Shown piece after piece: positions 8,242-19,814 of a DNA stretch of 40,511 nt. The notes beneath the pieces were generated by a model that saw only the letters and a program-made list of their open reading frames with translations, searched no databases and was not told where the DNA came from. Origin of the DNA: Candidatus Woesearchaeota archaeon (lineage in GTDB: Archaea > Nanobdellota > Nanobdellia > Woesearchaeales > WJKL01). The stretch is taken from the NCBI GenBank assembly GCA_018221125.1, contig JAAOYC010000018.1:1-40511 (forward strand). The letters run 5' to 3'. A program made the position numbers and the translations under genes. Within the stretch, counting starts at the first letter, position 1; each line of letters begins with the position of its first letter.

Positions 8242-10854
8242 CTATTTAGCCTTTTCTTCCAACACAGCCTGAGCAGCTGCTAGTCTTGCAATCGGTACTC
8301 TGTATGGAGAGCAGGAAACATATGTCAATCCAACTCTGTGGCAGAATTTGACTGATTCTGGCTCACCACCATGCTCTCCGCAGATACCTAGCTTGATTTT
8401 AGGATTTACTTTCTTGCCTTTTTCAACTGCAATCTTGATTAGCTGTCCAACTCCTTCCTGATCTAATACCTGGAATGGGTCTTTTTCATAGATTCCAAGC
8501 TCAACATATTGAGTTAAGAATTTTCCTGCATCGTCTCTTGAAAAGCCACAACCCATTTGAGTCAGATCATTTGTTCCAAAGCTGAAGAATTCTGCATGTT
8601 CTGCAATCTCATCTGCTGTCAAAGCTCCTCTTGGAACTTCTATCATTGTTCCAATGTGATAAGGTTTGTCTTTTAGAATTTCTTTGCAGACTTTTTCAAC
8701 AATTTCTTTTTGATTTATGAATTCTTTTACATGTCCAACCAAAGGAATCATTATTTCTGGAACAGCATCTGTTTCTGCTGCTGCTTCGCAGATAGCTCTT
8801 GCCTGCATCTCAGTAATTTCAGGATAATAAATTCCTAGTCTGCATCCTCTATGTCCAAGCATTGGGTTGAACTCATGCAATTCTGAGATTTTTTCTTTTA
8901 GTTTTTCAACTGTAACTCCCATGTCTTTTGCTAATTCCTGAATATCATCTTCTTCCTGAGGAAGGAATTCGTGCAATGGAGGATCTAAAAGCCTGATTGT
9001 AACTGGCTTATCTTTCATCACTTTGAATAATCCTATGAAATCCTGTTTTTGGAATGGAAGAAGTTTATCCAGAGCTTTTTTTCTTCCTTCTAAGTCTTCT
9101 GACAGGATCATCTCTCTTACTGCCTTAATTCTTTCTCCTTCAAAGAACATGTGTTCTGTTCTGCAAAGACCTATACCTTCTGCTCCAAATTTTATTGCTG
9201 TTTCTGCATCTTTTGGAGTATCTGCATTTGTCCTTACTCCAAGTTTTCTTGTTTCATCAGCCCATTTGATTAGTGTTTCAAAGTCTTCAGATAATTCAGG
9301 TTCAACTACAGGGATTTTTCCATTGTATAGTTCTCCTGTTGAACCATCTAAAGTTATGAAGTCTCCTTCTTTGATTACTAAGTCTCCAACTTTGAACTGT
9401 CCTTCTTCGCTATCAACTGTTATATCTCCGCATCCTGCTACACAGCATTTTCCCATTCCTCTTGCAACAACTGCTGCGTGAGATGTCATTCCTCCTCTTG
9501 CTGTCAGGATTCCTTTTGCTGCATTCATCCCTTCAATGTCTTCTGGAGATGTTTCTTTTCTTACAAGAATGACTGCATGTCCTTCTGCTGCTGTGTCTCT
9601 TGCTTTGTCTGCTGTGAAAATAGCTTCTCCTACTGCAGCTCCTGGTGAAGCTGGCAAGCCTTTAGCCAAAACTTCTGCTTTTTCTTTTGCAGTTTGGTCA
9701 AGCTGAGGATGCAGTAATTGGTCTAGAACATTTGGGTCAACTCTTAGCAGTGCTTCTTCTTGTGTTATCAGTTTTTCATCAACCATCTCAACTGCAATTC
9801 TTACTGCAGCTCCTGCTGTCCTTTTTCCTGTTCTTGTCTGAAGCATGAAAAGCGTTCCTTCCTGGATTGTGAATTCCATGTCCTGCATATCTGTATAATG
9901 CTCTTCCAGCTTGTTTGATAATTCTATGAATTGCTTATAACAGTCTGGCATTACTTTTTCCAGTTCTTCGATTGGTCTTGGTGTTCTTATTCCTGCTACA
10001 ACATCTTCTCCCTGAGCATTCATCAAGAATTCTCCATAGATCTTGTTTTCTCCTGTTGATGGATTTCTTGAGAAAGCTACTCCTGTTCCAGAAGTCTCTC
10101 CCATATTTCCATATACCATTGTCTGGATATTAACTGCTGTTCCTAGAAGTCCTTTGATATCATTAAGTCTTCTGTATGTTATAGCTCTTGCGTTATTCCA
10201 GGAGCCGAACACAGCATCAATAGATTTCTGCAGTTGTTTTCTTGGTTCTTGCGGGAAATCTTCTCCTGCTTCCTGTTTTACAATCTTTTTGTATTCTTCA
10301 ACAAGTTTTTTCAAATCTTCTGCTGTCAAATCAGTATCATATTCAACTCCTTTTGTTGCTTTTGCATGCTCCAATGCTTTTTCGAATTTTGAATGAGAAA
10401 CTTCCATTACAACATCTCCAAACATCTGGATGAATCTTCTGTAAGAATCCCATGCAAATCTTTCATTGCCTGTTTTCTTTATTACTCCTTGAACAGAAAT
10501 ATCATTTAAGCCAAGATTAAGAACAGTATCCATCATACCAGGCATAGATACAGCTGCCCCAGATCTTACTGAAACCAGTAACGGGTCAACTGGATCTCCT
10601 AATTTTTTACCCATTGCTTTTTCCAGCCTAACAAGATTTTCATCAATCTGTTTTATGACTTTGTCTGGATGTGCTTTGTTGTTTTTATAGTATAGATCAC
10701 ATGTTTCTGTTGTGATTGTGAATCCTGGTGGAACTGGAACTCCTAATCCAGCCATTTCAGCCAAGTTTGCTCCTTTTCCTCCTAGAAGTTCTTTCATCTC
10801 TTTTTTTCCTTCTGACTGGTCTGCGCCAAAGAAGTATACATATTTTTCACTCAT
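8242..10854 (-). CDS. ppdK: Pyruvate, phosphate dikinase
   Basis: [30 protein letters not shown] phospho-His motif, [22 protein letters not shown]. Confidence 0.98.
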   Translation of the reverse strand: MSEKYVYFFGADQSEGKKEMKELLGGKGANLAEMAGLGVPVPPGFTITTETCDLYYKNNKAHPDKVIKQIDENLVRLEKAMGKKLGDPVDPLLVSVRSGAAVSMPGMMDTVLNLGLNDISVQGVIKKTGNERFAWDSYRRFIQMFGDVVMEVSHSKFEKALEHAKATKGVEYDTDLTAEDLKKLVEEYKKIVKQEAGEDFPQEPRKQLQKSIDAVFGSWNNARAITYRRLNDIKGLLGTAVNIQTMVYGNMGETSGTGVAFSRNPSTGENKIYGEFLMNAQGEDVVAGIRTPRPIEELEKVMPDCYKQFIELSNKLEEHYTDMQDMEFTIQEGTLFMLQTRTGKRTAGAAVRIAVEMVDEKLITQEEALLRVDPNVLDQLLHPQLDQTAKEKAEVLAKGLPASPGAAVGEAIFTADKARDTAAEGHAVILVRKETSPEDIEGMNAAKGILTARGGMTSHAAVVARGMGKCCVAGCGDITVDSEEGQFKVGDLVIKEGDFITLDGSTGELYNGKIPVVEPELSEDFETLIKWADETRKLGVRTNADTPKDAETAIKFGAEGIGLCRTEHMFFEGERIKAVREMILSEDLEGRKKALDKLLPFQKQDFIGLFKVMKDKPVTIRLLDPPLHEFLPQEEDDIQELAKDMGVTVEKLKEKISELHEFNPMLGHRGCRLGIYYPEITEMQARAICEAAAETDAVPEIMIPLVGHVKEFINQKEIVEKVCKEILKDKPYHIGTMIEVPRGALTADEIAEHAEFFSFGTNDLTQMGCGFSRDDAGKFLTQYVELGIYEKDPFQVLDQEGVGQLIKIAVEKGKKVNPKIKLGICGEHGGEPESVKFCHRVGLTYVSCSPYRVPIARLAAAQAVLEEKAK

Positions 10855-11022
10855 TTTAATTTCCCCCTGTATAATTTTTATAATTATTATATTAAGAAGT
10901 GATTTGAGTTAATTTAAAAATGTTTTGGTGGAATTTTTGTTAAGTTTTTACTAATTTAAATTAATTACCAATAAGTAGTAAAAATAGAAAGATTTATAAA
11001 GTAGTAATACTTTAATATTTCT

Positions 11023-11859
11023 ATGATAAGAGGCGCTATTTTAGGTGGTTTGACTGCACTAGTTATTGCTTTATCTAGTGGAAATGCTGCTGCAGAGGAA
11101 GCAAAGCCTCCTGAGCCTGAGAAAGTTGTTAAAACTGAAGAAAAACCAGAACAAAAAAGAGATTATTCTAATATTGAAGTTAAACTTGATGCCAATAATC
11201 CAGAAGATTTTGAGCTTTTATTGAAAGGAGGATATTTGAATCAAGATTTTGATGAATTCTACTCTTTATTTGAGAAAAAAGCAGGCAAGGAAGCAGGAGA
11301 CATAACAAGGAAACTGTTTGCTGTGACAGGACAAGAGAGAATAAAACTATATGAGCAATATAAAGCTCTTTTCTTTAAATATGATTTAATGCCTGAATTT
11401 CAAAAAGCATGGAAAAATTACCTAGATTTTAAAGGGAAGGAAAGAGGTAAAATAGATCATTCAGATAATGTATTGCCATTTGATGAAATTGTTGATATGG
11501 ACATGTGGAATTTTATTGAAAAGCAAGATTCATTGGTTTTTGTTTATCTTGGTCCGAAGCTGGAGAAAAAAGGAATTAGAGATGCTTTTCACAAACTTGC
11601 TAGTCAGGATAAAAAATCAAACAATCTATATATGGAATTATTATTACTACCCGATACTACAAAAGAGTTTCTAAAAACTATACAGGACATAACATTACTG
11701 ACAGAACAAAAAGTAATTTCTCACTTTGTTGCAGGAGGTCCTAATCTCCTTGTGATTAAAGGCAAAAAGTTGCAGGAATGTTTGCCTGTGAAAGAAGCAT
11801 CTTCTATAATTGGTATAGTTGAAGCTTATAACGGAAAAAAACCAGAAGATGAATTCTGA
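11023..11859 (+). CDS. Secreted hypothetical protein, possibly with a redox-inactive thioredoxin-like C-terminus
   Basis: Signal peptide ending AAA-EE, Pro/Glu/Lys linker; C-terminal GGPNLLVIKGKK resembles the cis-Pro strand of Trx folds; no CxxC. Confidence 0.6.
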   Translation: MIRGAILGGLTALVIALSSGNAAAEEAKPPEPEKVVKTEEKPEQKRDYSNIEVKLDANNPEDFELLLKGGYLNQDFDEFYSLFEKKAGKEAGDITRKLFAVTGQERIKLYEQYKALFFKYDLMPEFQKAWKNYLDFKGKERGKIDHSDNVLPFDEIVDMDMWNFIEKQDSLVFVYLGPKLEKKGIRDAFHKLASQDKKSNNLYMELLLLPDTTKEFLKTIQDITLLTEQKVISHFVAGGPNLLVIKGKKLQECLPVKEASSIIGIVEAYNGKKPEDEF

Positions 11860-11975
11860 TTTTAATCTGATTAAATTTCATGATTGATAGTTACCAAAAT
11901 ATCTAGCTAAATAAGGAAAAATATATATACTAAAAGTATCAATTCTCTCTTAATAGTTAATATTAATTATATGGG

Positions 11976-12449
11976 GTGTTTGAATTGAAAAAAATAATCT
12001 TAGGAGTTCTGGTATTAGTGATTTTGTTATTAGGAGCAGGGATGGTGTCTGCTGAGTGTTGTTGCTTTTGTCAGGGTGCTAATGTATATAAACTGGCTGC
12101 AGATTGCGAATACGCCACTTGTAATGCTGTATGCAGTTCATCGATAGTTGTGGCAAAAACTTATGAGGCTTGTAGTGCAGTAACAGTAACAGACTGTGGT
12201 ACTGAATGTACAGGATCTGGTACTTCATCTAACTGTTGTACTAAGGATGAGTACGACGATTGCAGTTTTGCGTTTTGGAAGAGTGGCACAGGGGAGTGTA
12301 AGGGTGACCCCTCCTGTACTTGTCAAGAGGATACATGGGGTAGTCCAGTTCCAGAATTTTCAACAGTAGGAATATTAATTGCAGCTTTGGTTATAGCAGG
12401 AGTAGTATTCTTAATAATTAAGAAAAAGAAGGAAAAACAAAAGAAATAA
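11976..12449 (+). CDS. Cys-rich secreted protein with PEF-CTERM sorting signal
   Basis: Signal peptide (VSA-E), many Cys, C-terminal VPEF + hydrophobic helix + KKKKEKQKK; exact start uncertain. Confidence 0.8.
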   Translation: MFELKKIILGVLVLVILLLGAGMVSAECCCFCQGANVYKLAADCEYATCNAVCSSSIVVAKTYEACSAVTVTDCGTECTGSGTSSNCCTKDEYDDCSFAFWKSGTGECKGDPSCTCQEDTWGSPVPEFSTVGILIAALVIAGVVFLIIKKKKEKQKK

Positions 12450-12470
12450 ATTATTTCTTTTTTTATTTTT

Positions 12471-13988
12471 TTATATTGGTTTGAAAATTACTAGGTAACA
12501 AAACAGCATTGTAAGGCTTGATAAATAGGCTGTAAATACAATCCATTCTTTGTAATCTCTTTTATTTATTAGATAAAATTGTATTATCCCAAGAACAAAC
12601 AAAGGAATTAACATATATGATTCTTTAACAATAAAATAAACTGAAAGATATGTTAATATAAAAAATAATCCAATAATAAATTTAGATTTTTTAAGTCCTA
12701 GAATAACTGGAAGTGTTTTAATGCCTTCTTTTTTATCTCCTTCATAATCTTTTATATCGATGAAATTAATGACAGCTGTGAAGCCTATTAGAAAGATAGC
12801 GATTATTAATTTTGGAAATTCTTGAATTGAACCAGTTATTATTATAAATCCTAACATAATTAAAATAAGCGAATTAAGAGAGATAAAAAGCTTTGAAAAG
12901 AAAGGAATACGTTTTAATCTAAATGGAGGCATAGAATATAGGAAATAGTTTCCAATGAATAATAATATGATGAAAAATGCTTTAAAATTAACCATTGCTG
13001 CATAAAAAAGGGCAATAAATAAAAAGAACCATGATAGTTTAGTATATGTTTGGATATCTATCCTAGATTTTATTAATGGCCTTTGTTTATTTGAAATTTT
13101 ATCAATTTCATAGTCTTCAATATTATTAGTCATTACTGAATAAATCCATGCAAAAACTATGCTGATTGGAATGAATATAAAATAAAATATGTTTTCGTTA
13201 GTTAGACTAAATACATTATATTTTAGTCCTAAAATTATTCCTAAAATAAACATTAGTTCATAGTGTATTAATCTGAAAAATCTTATATCTTTAATAATAA
13301 TTTGGAAAAAAGCTTCATTTTTTAAGTATGCTATACCAATTCCTGTTAAAAAAATAATTGTAAGAAGGAAATTTATCATAATTAAATCAAAAACACTATT
13401 TGCGCCACTGAAAAACATCTTTGCTACAAAAAGAGGGGTTGCAAGAGAAATAAAGATTAATGTATAAACAAGCAGAGTATTTATGAGGCTTTTTAAAAAA
13501 TTTGAATTTTTAATATAGAAATAAATAAAACTAATGCATAAGACTATTGCAATTTCTATCCTCATTCCATGAGTCACACCAGATTCTTTAAAATTTCCAA
13601 AAAAAGTAAAAAATTTAAAAATTAAATTATGCCAAGTTTGTGTATTTGTATAAGCTATATCATATCCTCTTCCTTTGCTTAATATTAAATCTAGTAATGG
13701 TGCTAAATTTATTATAATAAATGAAGGCAAGATTACTTTAGCTATTTTTATTATATCTATATTTGTTATTAAATAGAATAATAATATCAAAGACATTGCT
13801 AAAGCAATCCAGTAAGAGTAGTAATGCAAATATGGTATGTATGATATGCCACTATCAGGGTCTGAAAACAGTTCTAGAAAAGTCCTTAAAGTAATTGCAA
13901 ACAAAAAAGTTAAAATAAAATAAATAAAAGGAGCTTTTGAGTTTTCTAAATTTGAGATTATTTTTTTTGGTATGTTTAATATTTTCAT
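12471..13988 (-). CDS. UbiA-family prenyltransferase fused to an extra N-terminal membrane domain
   Basis: NNIEDYEIDKISNKQRPL, YSMPPFRLKR, DIKDYEGDKKEGIKTLP motifs. Confidence 0.88.
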   Translation of the reverse strand: MKILNIPKKIISNLENSKAPFIYFILTFLFAITLRTFLELFSDPDSGISYIPYLHYYSYWIALAMSLILLFYLITNIDIIKIAKVILPSFIIINLAPLLDLILSKGRGYDIAYTNTQTWHNLIFKFFTFFGNFKESGVTHGMRIEIAIVLCISFIYFYIKNSNFLKSLINTLLVYTLIFISLATPLFVAKMFFSGANSVFDLIMINFLLTIIFLTGIGIAYLKNEAFFQIIIKDIRFFRLIHYELMFILGIILGLKYNVFSLTNENIFYFIFIPISIVFAWIYSVMTNNIEDYEIDKISNKQRPLIKSRIDIQTYTKLSWFFLFIALFYAAMVNFKAFFIILLFIGNYFLYSMPPFRLKRIPFFSKLFISLNSLILIMLGFIIITGSIQEFPKLIIAIFLIGFTAVINFIDIKDYEGDKKEGIKTLPVILGLKKSKFIIGLFFILTYLSVYFIVKESYMLIPLFVLGIIQFYLINKRDYKEWIVFTAYLSSLTMLFCYLVIFKPI

Positions 13989-13997
13989 TATAAATCC

Positions 13998-15407
13998 CTA
14001 TTTAACTAATTTATTCAGGATAGTCATTACTTTTTTGCCATCAACTTTGCCTTGGAATTTTTTCATGATAATGCCCATGTAGGCTCCTGGAGAAAGGCCT
14101 GGCTTCTGTTTTACTATCTTTTTGACTTCTTCTTCTAATTCTGCGTCAGTTGCTCCTACATATCTGTCCATTGATTCAAATTTGTTTGAGGCATAATCCA
14201 TTAGGATGTTGATTACAATATTTTTTGGTATTTTCTCCTGGTCTAAAGCAGAAAGAACTTCCTGGAATTGAGATTCTGTTATTTTATCTGCATCAATATT
14301 GTATTTTCTTTTGATTTCTCTTAAAGTAGGAACCAATGTTTCTGCAATAAATGCAGGTTTTATATTTTTGAATTCCTTGATGAATCTCTCAAACATCTCG
14401 ACTTTATCTGATTTTGCAATCAGTTTTGCTAAATCTTGAGATATTCCTTGCTTGATGTATTTTTTTACTTTGTCTTCAATTAATTCTGGAAGTTTTATTT
14501 TGGAAGCATCTACTTTTAATGGAACAACATCTGTTTCTGGATACATTCTCGCTGCTCCTGGCATTGGCCTTAGATAAGATGTAGTGTTATCTGGCTCAAC
14601 TTTTCTTACATGAGCAGGCTCTTTTTCTTTTAATGAAATCTGTCTTCCGACTTCCTTGTCAATTACAGCAGGCATTGATTTTAATTCTTGGAATCCTTTT
14701 ATTTCAACCCTGTTTTTTCCTTTAATTGAGACATTGACATCTTGTCTTATTGTTCCTATTCCACGCTTGACTTTTCCAGTGCTTCTTAGAATCATTCCAA
14801 TCTTTTCAGCTGTTTCTTTTGCATGCTCTGCATCTTTGATATCTGGTTCTGTTGCAATTTCTATTAACGGGATTCCTAATCTGTCAAGCCTGTATTTTAC
14901 AGACTCATCTTTTACTTCTATTTTCTGCGCTGCTTCTTCTTCTAAACAGATAGTTGGAATTTTTACTGGACCTTGATTTGTTTCAACAACACCATCATAA
15001 GCAACTAATGCTGTTCTTTGGAAGCCTGAAACATTAGAACCATCAATGACTGTTTTTCTCATCACTTGAATCTCATCGACAATCTTTGCTTTCAGGAGCA
15101 GAGCAACCTGCAAAGCAACCTGAACAGCTTCTGGATTTATTGAGTGTGGAGGCTCTTCATCCATCTCAACCAAGCAAGTGTCTTTTGAATCAGCTTCATA
15201 GATAAATTTCTTGGATTTCTCCATTTCATACTTTGCAGCAATATCAATCTCTCCTGTCTCTCCTGCAACTGCTCTTAATCTCCTGTTGAAATGAATATCA
15301 GACTTTTCGCTAGAATTAGTTGTAAGACATTCACAGAATAGCTTTTTACCTTTTAATTGCTGATGAATTTCTAAGCCGCATTTGAATCCTAATTTGTGAT
15401 AATCCAT
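13998..15407 (-). CDS. gatE: Glu-tRNA(Gln) amidotransferase subunit GatE (short form)
   Basis: GLEIHQQL, DGSNVSGFQRT, LDRLGIPLIEIAT, GAARMYPETD; start MDYHK at 15407, adjacent to the gatD stop. Confidence 0.95.
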   Translation of the reverse strand: MDYHKLGFKCGLEIHQQLKGKKLFCECLTTNSSEKSDIHFNRRLRAVAGETGEIDIAAKYEMEKSKKFIYEADSKDTCLVEMDEEPPHSINPEAVQVALQVALLLKAKIVDEIQVMRKTVIDGSNVSGFQRTALVAYDGVVETNQGPVKIPTICLEEEAAQKIEVKDESVKYRLDRLGIPLIEIATEPDIKDAEHAKETAEKIGMILRSTGKVKRGIGTIRQDVNVSIKGKNRVEIKGFQELKSMPAVIDKEVGRQISLKEKEPAHVRKVEPDNTTSYLRPMPGAARMYPETDVVPLKVDASKIKLPELIEDKVKKYIKQGISQDLAKLIAKSDKVEMFERFIKEFKNIKPAFIAETLVPTLREIKRKYNIDADKITESQFQEVLSALDQEKIPKNIVINILMDYASNKFESMDRYVGATDAELEEEVKKIVKQKPGLSPGAYMGIIMKKFQGKVDGKKVMTILNKLVK

Positions 15408-15408
15408 T

Positions 15409-16665
15409 TTAATACAAAAATTCTTCATCCAAACTTCTATCAGTGATTTCTCCTGCAATATTAGAAAGCATCAGTTCTTTTACTTTGTCTTTGTTTTTTG
15501 TTTTCCCTAAAATATAGCCTAGTTTTACATAAGCTGTTTCTGGAAGCATGTCTTCAACAAAGATGCAGCCTAATCTTATTGATAATTGTCTCAAGTTTGT
15601 ATAAACTAATGGATGCACACGGCCATAGATTGTTTCAGGAGCAATTACAACAGGAATATCCAATTTTTCAATTTTCTTGAATAATCTTTGAGGCAAGTTG
15701 CCTAAACCAGTTCCAGTTAAAACAATTCCTTTGTATCCATCTAAAGATTCTGATTTTATTCCTGGATAAGTATAGATTAAACCAATGTTTTCTTCGAAAT
15801 TAGTTTCTGCTTTAACTTTTCCTTTTTCTGACCTCTTTTTGTAATTTTTGTTTATAATTTCAATGTCTGTATTTTCAAAGATTTTTGCAATTGGTAAATC
15901 ATTTATTGGCCTAAAAGCATCTCTTCTAGAAGTATGCATTTTTCTTACTTTTGTTCCTCTTATCAGCAAGCAATAATCATCATCTGTTGTTGCATGCATG
16001 CAGGTCATTACTTCTGCTGCATCAAATTTAGCAGCTGCTGTAATTGCACAGACAAGATTCATGAATGCATCACTGCTTCCTCTATCGATAGAACGCTGGG
16101 CTGCTGTAAAAATAACAGGTTTATTAAGATCTTTTAGCATAAATGAGACTGCTGCTGTTGAATAATGCAAAGTGTCTGTTCCCTGTGTAACAACAACTCC
16201 ATCTGCTCCGCTGTTAAGTTCTTTTTCAACTTCTTTTGCTATTGCTTGCCATTCTTTTGCAGCCATGTCTTCTGACATTATGGACATTATTTTTTTTGCT
16301 TTGAGATTAGCAATAGAAGCAAGTTCTGGCATCATTGCTACAAAGTCTTCTGCAGTGTAATCAGCATAGACTCCGCCTGTCTTATAATCAATTTTTGAGG
16401 ATATTGTTCCCCCTGTAGAAAGTATTGTGATGTTAGGAAGATGAGGTTTTGGCTTGAGTGCAGCTTTTTCAGGTTTTTTTGGCTTGTATGGTTCGAGCAA
16501 ATCAATTTTCTTTATTTTTTTATTGTCAATTCCAATATTGTAGCCATTATCCAGCTTGACAACAGTAACATCTTTATCCAGAATTTCAGGACGCGGCATT
16601 AACACTCCTATGAATTCTTCTTTTTCTGTTAATACTCTTACTTTGTCTCCTGCTTTTGGTTGCAT
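15409..16665 (-). CDS. gatD: Glu-tRNA(Gln) amidotransferase subunit GatD
   Basis: KLDNGYNIG, STGGTISS, GTDT, QRSIDRGSSD, KMHTSRRDAF; start MQPKAG at 16665. Confidence 0.95.
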   Translation of the reverse strand: MQPKAGDKVRVLTEKEEFIGVLMPRPEILDKDVTVVKLDNGYNIGIDNKKIKKIDLLEPYKPKKPEKAALKPKPHLPNITILSTGGTISSKIDYKTGGVYADYTAEDFVAMMPELASIANLKAKKIMSIMSEDMAAKEWQAIAKEVEKELNSGADGVVVTQGTDTLHYSTAAVSFMLKDLNKPVIFTAAQRSIDRGSSDAFMNLVCAITAAAKFDAAEVMTCMHATTDDDYCLLIRGTKVRKMHTSRRDAFRPINDLPIAKIFENTDIEIINKNYKKRSEKGKVKAETNFEENIGLIYTYPGIKSESLDGYKGIVLTGTGLGNLPQRLFKKIEKLDIPVVIAPETIYGRVHPLVYTNLRQLSIRLGCIFVEDMLPETAYVKLGYILGKTKNKDKVKELMLSNIAGEITDRSLDEEFLY

Positions 16666-16666
16666 T

Positions 16667-17419
16667 TTATAGTCCTGTTGGATTATCAATAAATCTAGTC
16701 TGTATATTAAATTTTTCCTTTATTAAAGGCATTAGGGCTTTTACACCAACTGTTTCTGTTGCATAATGACCTGCTTCTATTACATTTATCTTATAATCTT
16801 TTGTACGATTAACTGAATTGTGGTCTGTTTCACCAACAATAAATAAATCTACTCCTTTTTTTACAGCTTCTTCTAGTAAATCAATTCCATAACCTGAACA
16901 AATAGCAATCTTTTTAATTTTATTTTTACCAAATGGATAAATATTTGTTTTTGTTTTTAATGTTTTGTTCAAAACGTTAGCAATGACTCTTATTGATTTT
17001 GCTTTTTGAAATTCTCCTTGGAAACCTATTGTAGTTTTATGATACTTTCCAAACCTTTTTACTTTTTGTAGATTTAGTATTTCACAAAGCTTTATGTTAT
17101 TACCGTATCTTTTATGCGCATCTAAGGGAAGATGACAACCATATAATGCTATCTTGTTTTTCTTAAGAAAGTTTTCTCTTTTTTTTGTTATTTCTTTGTA
17201 TTTTTGACCTTTCCATTTAAGACCATGATGGACAATTAATAAATCAACTTTTGCTTTTTTTGCTTTCTCAAATGTTGATAAACAAGCGTCTACAGCAAAA
17301 CCTATTTTTTTGATGTCTTTGTTTGTTTTAACCTGCAATCCGTTTCTAGATGAATCCAGTATTTTTCTGACATTGAGTTCCTTATTTAGAAATCTGACTA
17401 TGCTGTTAAGCTTTACCAT
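16667..17419 (-). CDS. Nif3-like dinuclear metal center protein (GTP cyclohydrolase 1 type 2 family)
   Basis: NGLQV, LIVHHG, HLPLDAH, GHYATE motifs. Confidence 0.93.
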   Translation of the reverse strand: MVKLNSIVRFLNKELNVRKILDSSRNGLQVKTNKDIKKIGFAVDACLSTFEKAKKAKVDLLIVHHGLKWKGQKYKEITKKRENFLKKNKIALYGCHLPLDAHKRYGNNIKLCEILNLQKVKRFGKYHKTTIGFQGEFQKAKSIRVIANVLNKTLKTKTNIYPFGKNKIKKIAICSGYGIDLLEEAVKKGVDLFIVGETDHNSVNRTKDYKINVIEAGHYATETVGVKALMPLIKEKFNIQTRFIDNPTGL

Positions 17420-17451
17420 ATTAGGATAAGAGAAATGAAGTATATATAAAA

Positions 17452-19731
17452 TTAACCTAAATAAGAGGGTTTATCTTTCATTTCCTTGGCTCTTGCAGAC
17501 TTGAAATGACCTTTGATGTCTTCATAAGCCTTTTTGATTTCTTTTGTTACAGAAGGCTGGACGTCATTTAGAGCTTTGTCAAAGTGATCCATTTTAACCT
17601 CTTTTGCTTTTGAGTCTTCTCTTAAAGCAATCATTGCAGCTTCTCTGCAGACAGATTCAATATCAGCTCCAACATATCCTTGAGTACGTTCTGCAAGCCT
17701 GTCTAAGCTCACTCCTTTCAAAGGCATGCCTTTTGTATGTATCTTGAATATATTTTTTCTGGATGATCTATTTGGAGTAGATGTAAGTATGATCCTGTCA
17801 AATCTTCCAGGTCTTAGCAAAGCTGTGTCAACCATGTCTGGACGATTAGTTGCTGCTATAACAACAACATCATGCAATTCTTCTAACCCATCTATTTCTG
17901 TCAATATCTGGTTAACAACACGTTCTGTTGCATGGGCATCTGCTGATAAACCTCTTCTTGGAGCTATTGCATCAATCTCATCAAAGAAGATTATTGTTGG
18001 AGATGCTTGTCTTGCTTTTTTGAAAACTTCTCTAACTGCTTTTTCTGATTCTCCAACCCATTTTGACAGTAATTCAGGGCCTTTAACCAAAATAAAATTT
18101 GCTTTTGACTCGTTTGCAACTGCTTTTGCAAGCATTGTTTTTCCTGTTCCTGGAGCACCATAAAGCAATACTCCTCTTGGAGGCCTAATGCCCATCTTTA
18201 TGAATCTATCTGGATATTTTAATGGCCATTCAACTGCTTCTTTTAAATCTCTTTTAACATCATTTAATCCACCAACATCTTCCCATTTTGTTGTTGGTTT
18301 TTCAATTAAAACTTCTCTCATTGCAGAAGGTCTTACTGTTTTCAATGCTTGGAAGAAATCTTCTCTTGTAATCTGAAGTTTTTCAAGAACTTCTTTAGGA
18401 ATCGAAGCATCTTCTTCTAGTTTTAGATCAGGCAAGATTCTTCTTAAAACTATCATTGCAGCTTCTTTTGCTAATGATTCTAAATCTGCTCCTACAAATC
18501 CGTATGTTACTTCAGCTATCTCACTCAAATTGACATCTTTTGCTAATGGCATGTTCCTTGTATGAATCTTTAGAACTTTTAGTCTGCCTTTTTTAGATGG
18601 AACCCCAATCTCTATTTCCCTGTCAAATCTCCCCCCTCTTCTTAAAGCAGGATCTAAAATATTGGGAACATTAGTTGCAGCAATAACAACAACCTCTCCT
18701 CTTGATTTTAGACCATCCATTAAAGAAAGCAGCTGAGCAACAACCCTTCTTTCAACTTCTCCTTTAACTTCTTCCCTTTTTGGAGCAATTGCATCGATTT
18801 CATCTATAAATATGATTGAAGGAGCATTTTTTTCAGCTTCTTCGAATTTCTTTCTTAAGTTTTCTTCTGACTGGCCGTAGAATTTTGACATAATTTCAGG
18901 ACCATTGATTACAATGAAATGCGAATTAGATTCATTTGCAACTGCTTTTGCCAATAATGTCTTTCCAGTTCCAGGGGGTCCATGAAGCAAAACTCCTTTT
19001 GGAGCCTCTACACCTAAACGTTCAAAGATTTCAGGATGTTTTAATGGAAGCTCTACCATTTCTCTTATTTTCTTAATCTCTTCGCTTAATCCACCAATAT
19101 CTTCATAAGTAACATCTGGAACAACTTCATCTTTTATTTCAATTGCTTCTGGGTTTAATACAACCTCAGTTATATCTGATATCAGAACAGCTTCTTTTGG
19201 AGAGGTATCAGCAACTATGAATCTCAAATCTCCAAATCCAAATCCACTGTTCATAGAACCTTCTTCAAGCATCCTGAAGATATCATCAAATGGAGAGCCT
19301 GTCATTGTTGTACGTCTTCTTCTTGTTCCTCCTAATGAAACAATATCACCTTTAACAACAGCTCTTCCAAGAAGTCCTTGCTTGAATGTTGATGGAGAAG
19401 CTCTAATTACAATACCTTTTCTAGCTGGTGCAATAATAACTTTTTTTGCTTCTTTAAATTCTGCTTTTCTTATTTTTACTGCTTCTCCAATACTTGTTTT
19501 AGCATTTCTTCTGATTATACCATCCATTCTTATGATATTTAATCCTAAATCTCCTGGATAAGCTCTGTCAACCAATGCAACTGAAGAACGCTCTCCTTCA
19601 ATCTCAATAATATCTCCTGGCTTTACTCCTATTTCACGCATTTGAGCAGAGTCTATTCTGGTAATACCTTTATTTACATCGTCTTGTACAGACTCCATTA
19701 CTTTTAATTTAAGCTCTTTTTCTGATTTCAT
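17452..19731 (-). CDS. cdc48: CDC48/VAT family AAA+ ATPase
   Basis: N-domain plus two AAA modules (GPPGTGKT / [17 protein letters not shown]). Confidence 0.96.
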   Translation of the reverse strand: MKSEKELKLKVMESVQDDVNKGITRIDSAQMREIGVKPGDIIEIEGERSSVALVDRAYPGDLGLNIIRMDGIIRRNAKTSIGEAVKIRKAEFKEAKKVIIAPARKGIVIRASPSTFKQGLLGRAVVKGDIVSLGGTRRRRTTMTGSPFDDIFRMLEEGSMNSGFGFGDLRFIVADTSPKEAVLISDITEVVLNPEAIEIKDEVVPDVTYEDIGGLSEEIKKIREMVELPLKHPEIFERLGVEAPKGVLLHGPPGTGKTLLAKAVANESNSHFIVINGPEIMSKFYGQSEENLRKKFEEAEKNAPSIIFIDEIDAIAPKREEVKGEVERRVVAQLLSLMDGLKSRGEVVVIAATNVPNILDPALRRGGRFDREIEIGVPSKKGRLKVLKIHTRNMPLAKDVNLSEIAEVTYGFVGADLESLAKEAAMIVLRRILPDLKLEEDASIPKEVLEKLQITREDFFQALKTVRPSAMREVLIEKPTTKWEDVGGLNDVKRDLKEAVEWPLKYPDRFIKMGIRPPRGVLLYGAPGTGKTMLAKAVANESKANFILVKGPELLSKWVGESEKAVREVFKKARQASPTIIFFDEIDAIAPRRGLSADAHATERVVNQILTEIDGLEELHDVVVIAATNRPDMVDTALLRPGRFDRIILTSTPNRSSRKNIFKIHTKGMPLKGVSLDRLAERTQGYVGADIESVCREAAMIALREDSKAKEVKMDHFDKALNDVQPSVTKEIKKAYEDIKGHFKSARAKEMKDKPSYLG

Positions 19732-19814
19732 TGTAATTCTTGCTTATTTAAGCTTTAAAATCGTTTAAACGCCCCAAATATAACTATAAATAGAAATAAC
19801 AGGCTTTTTTAAAC

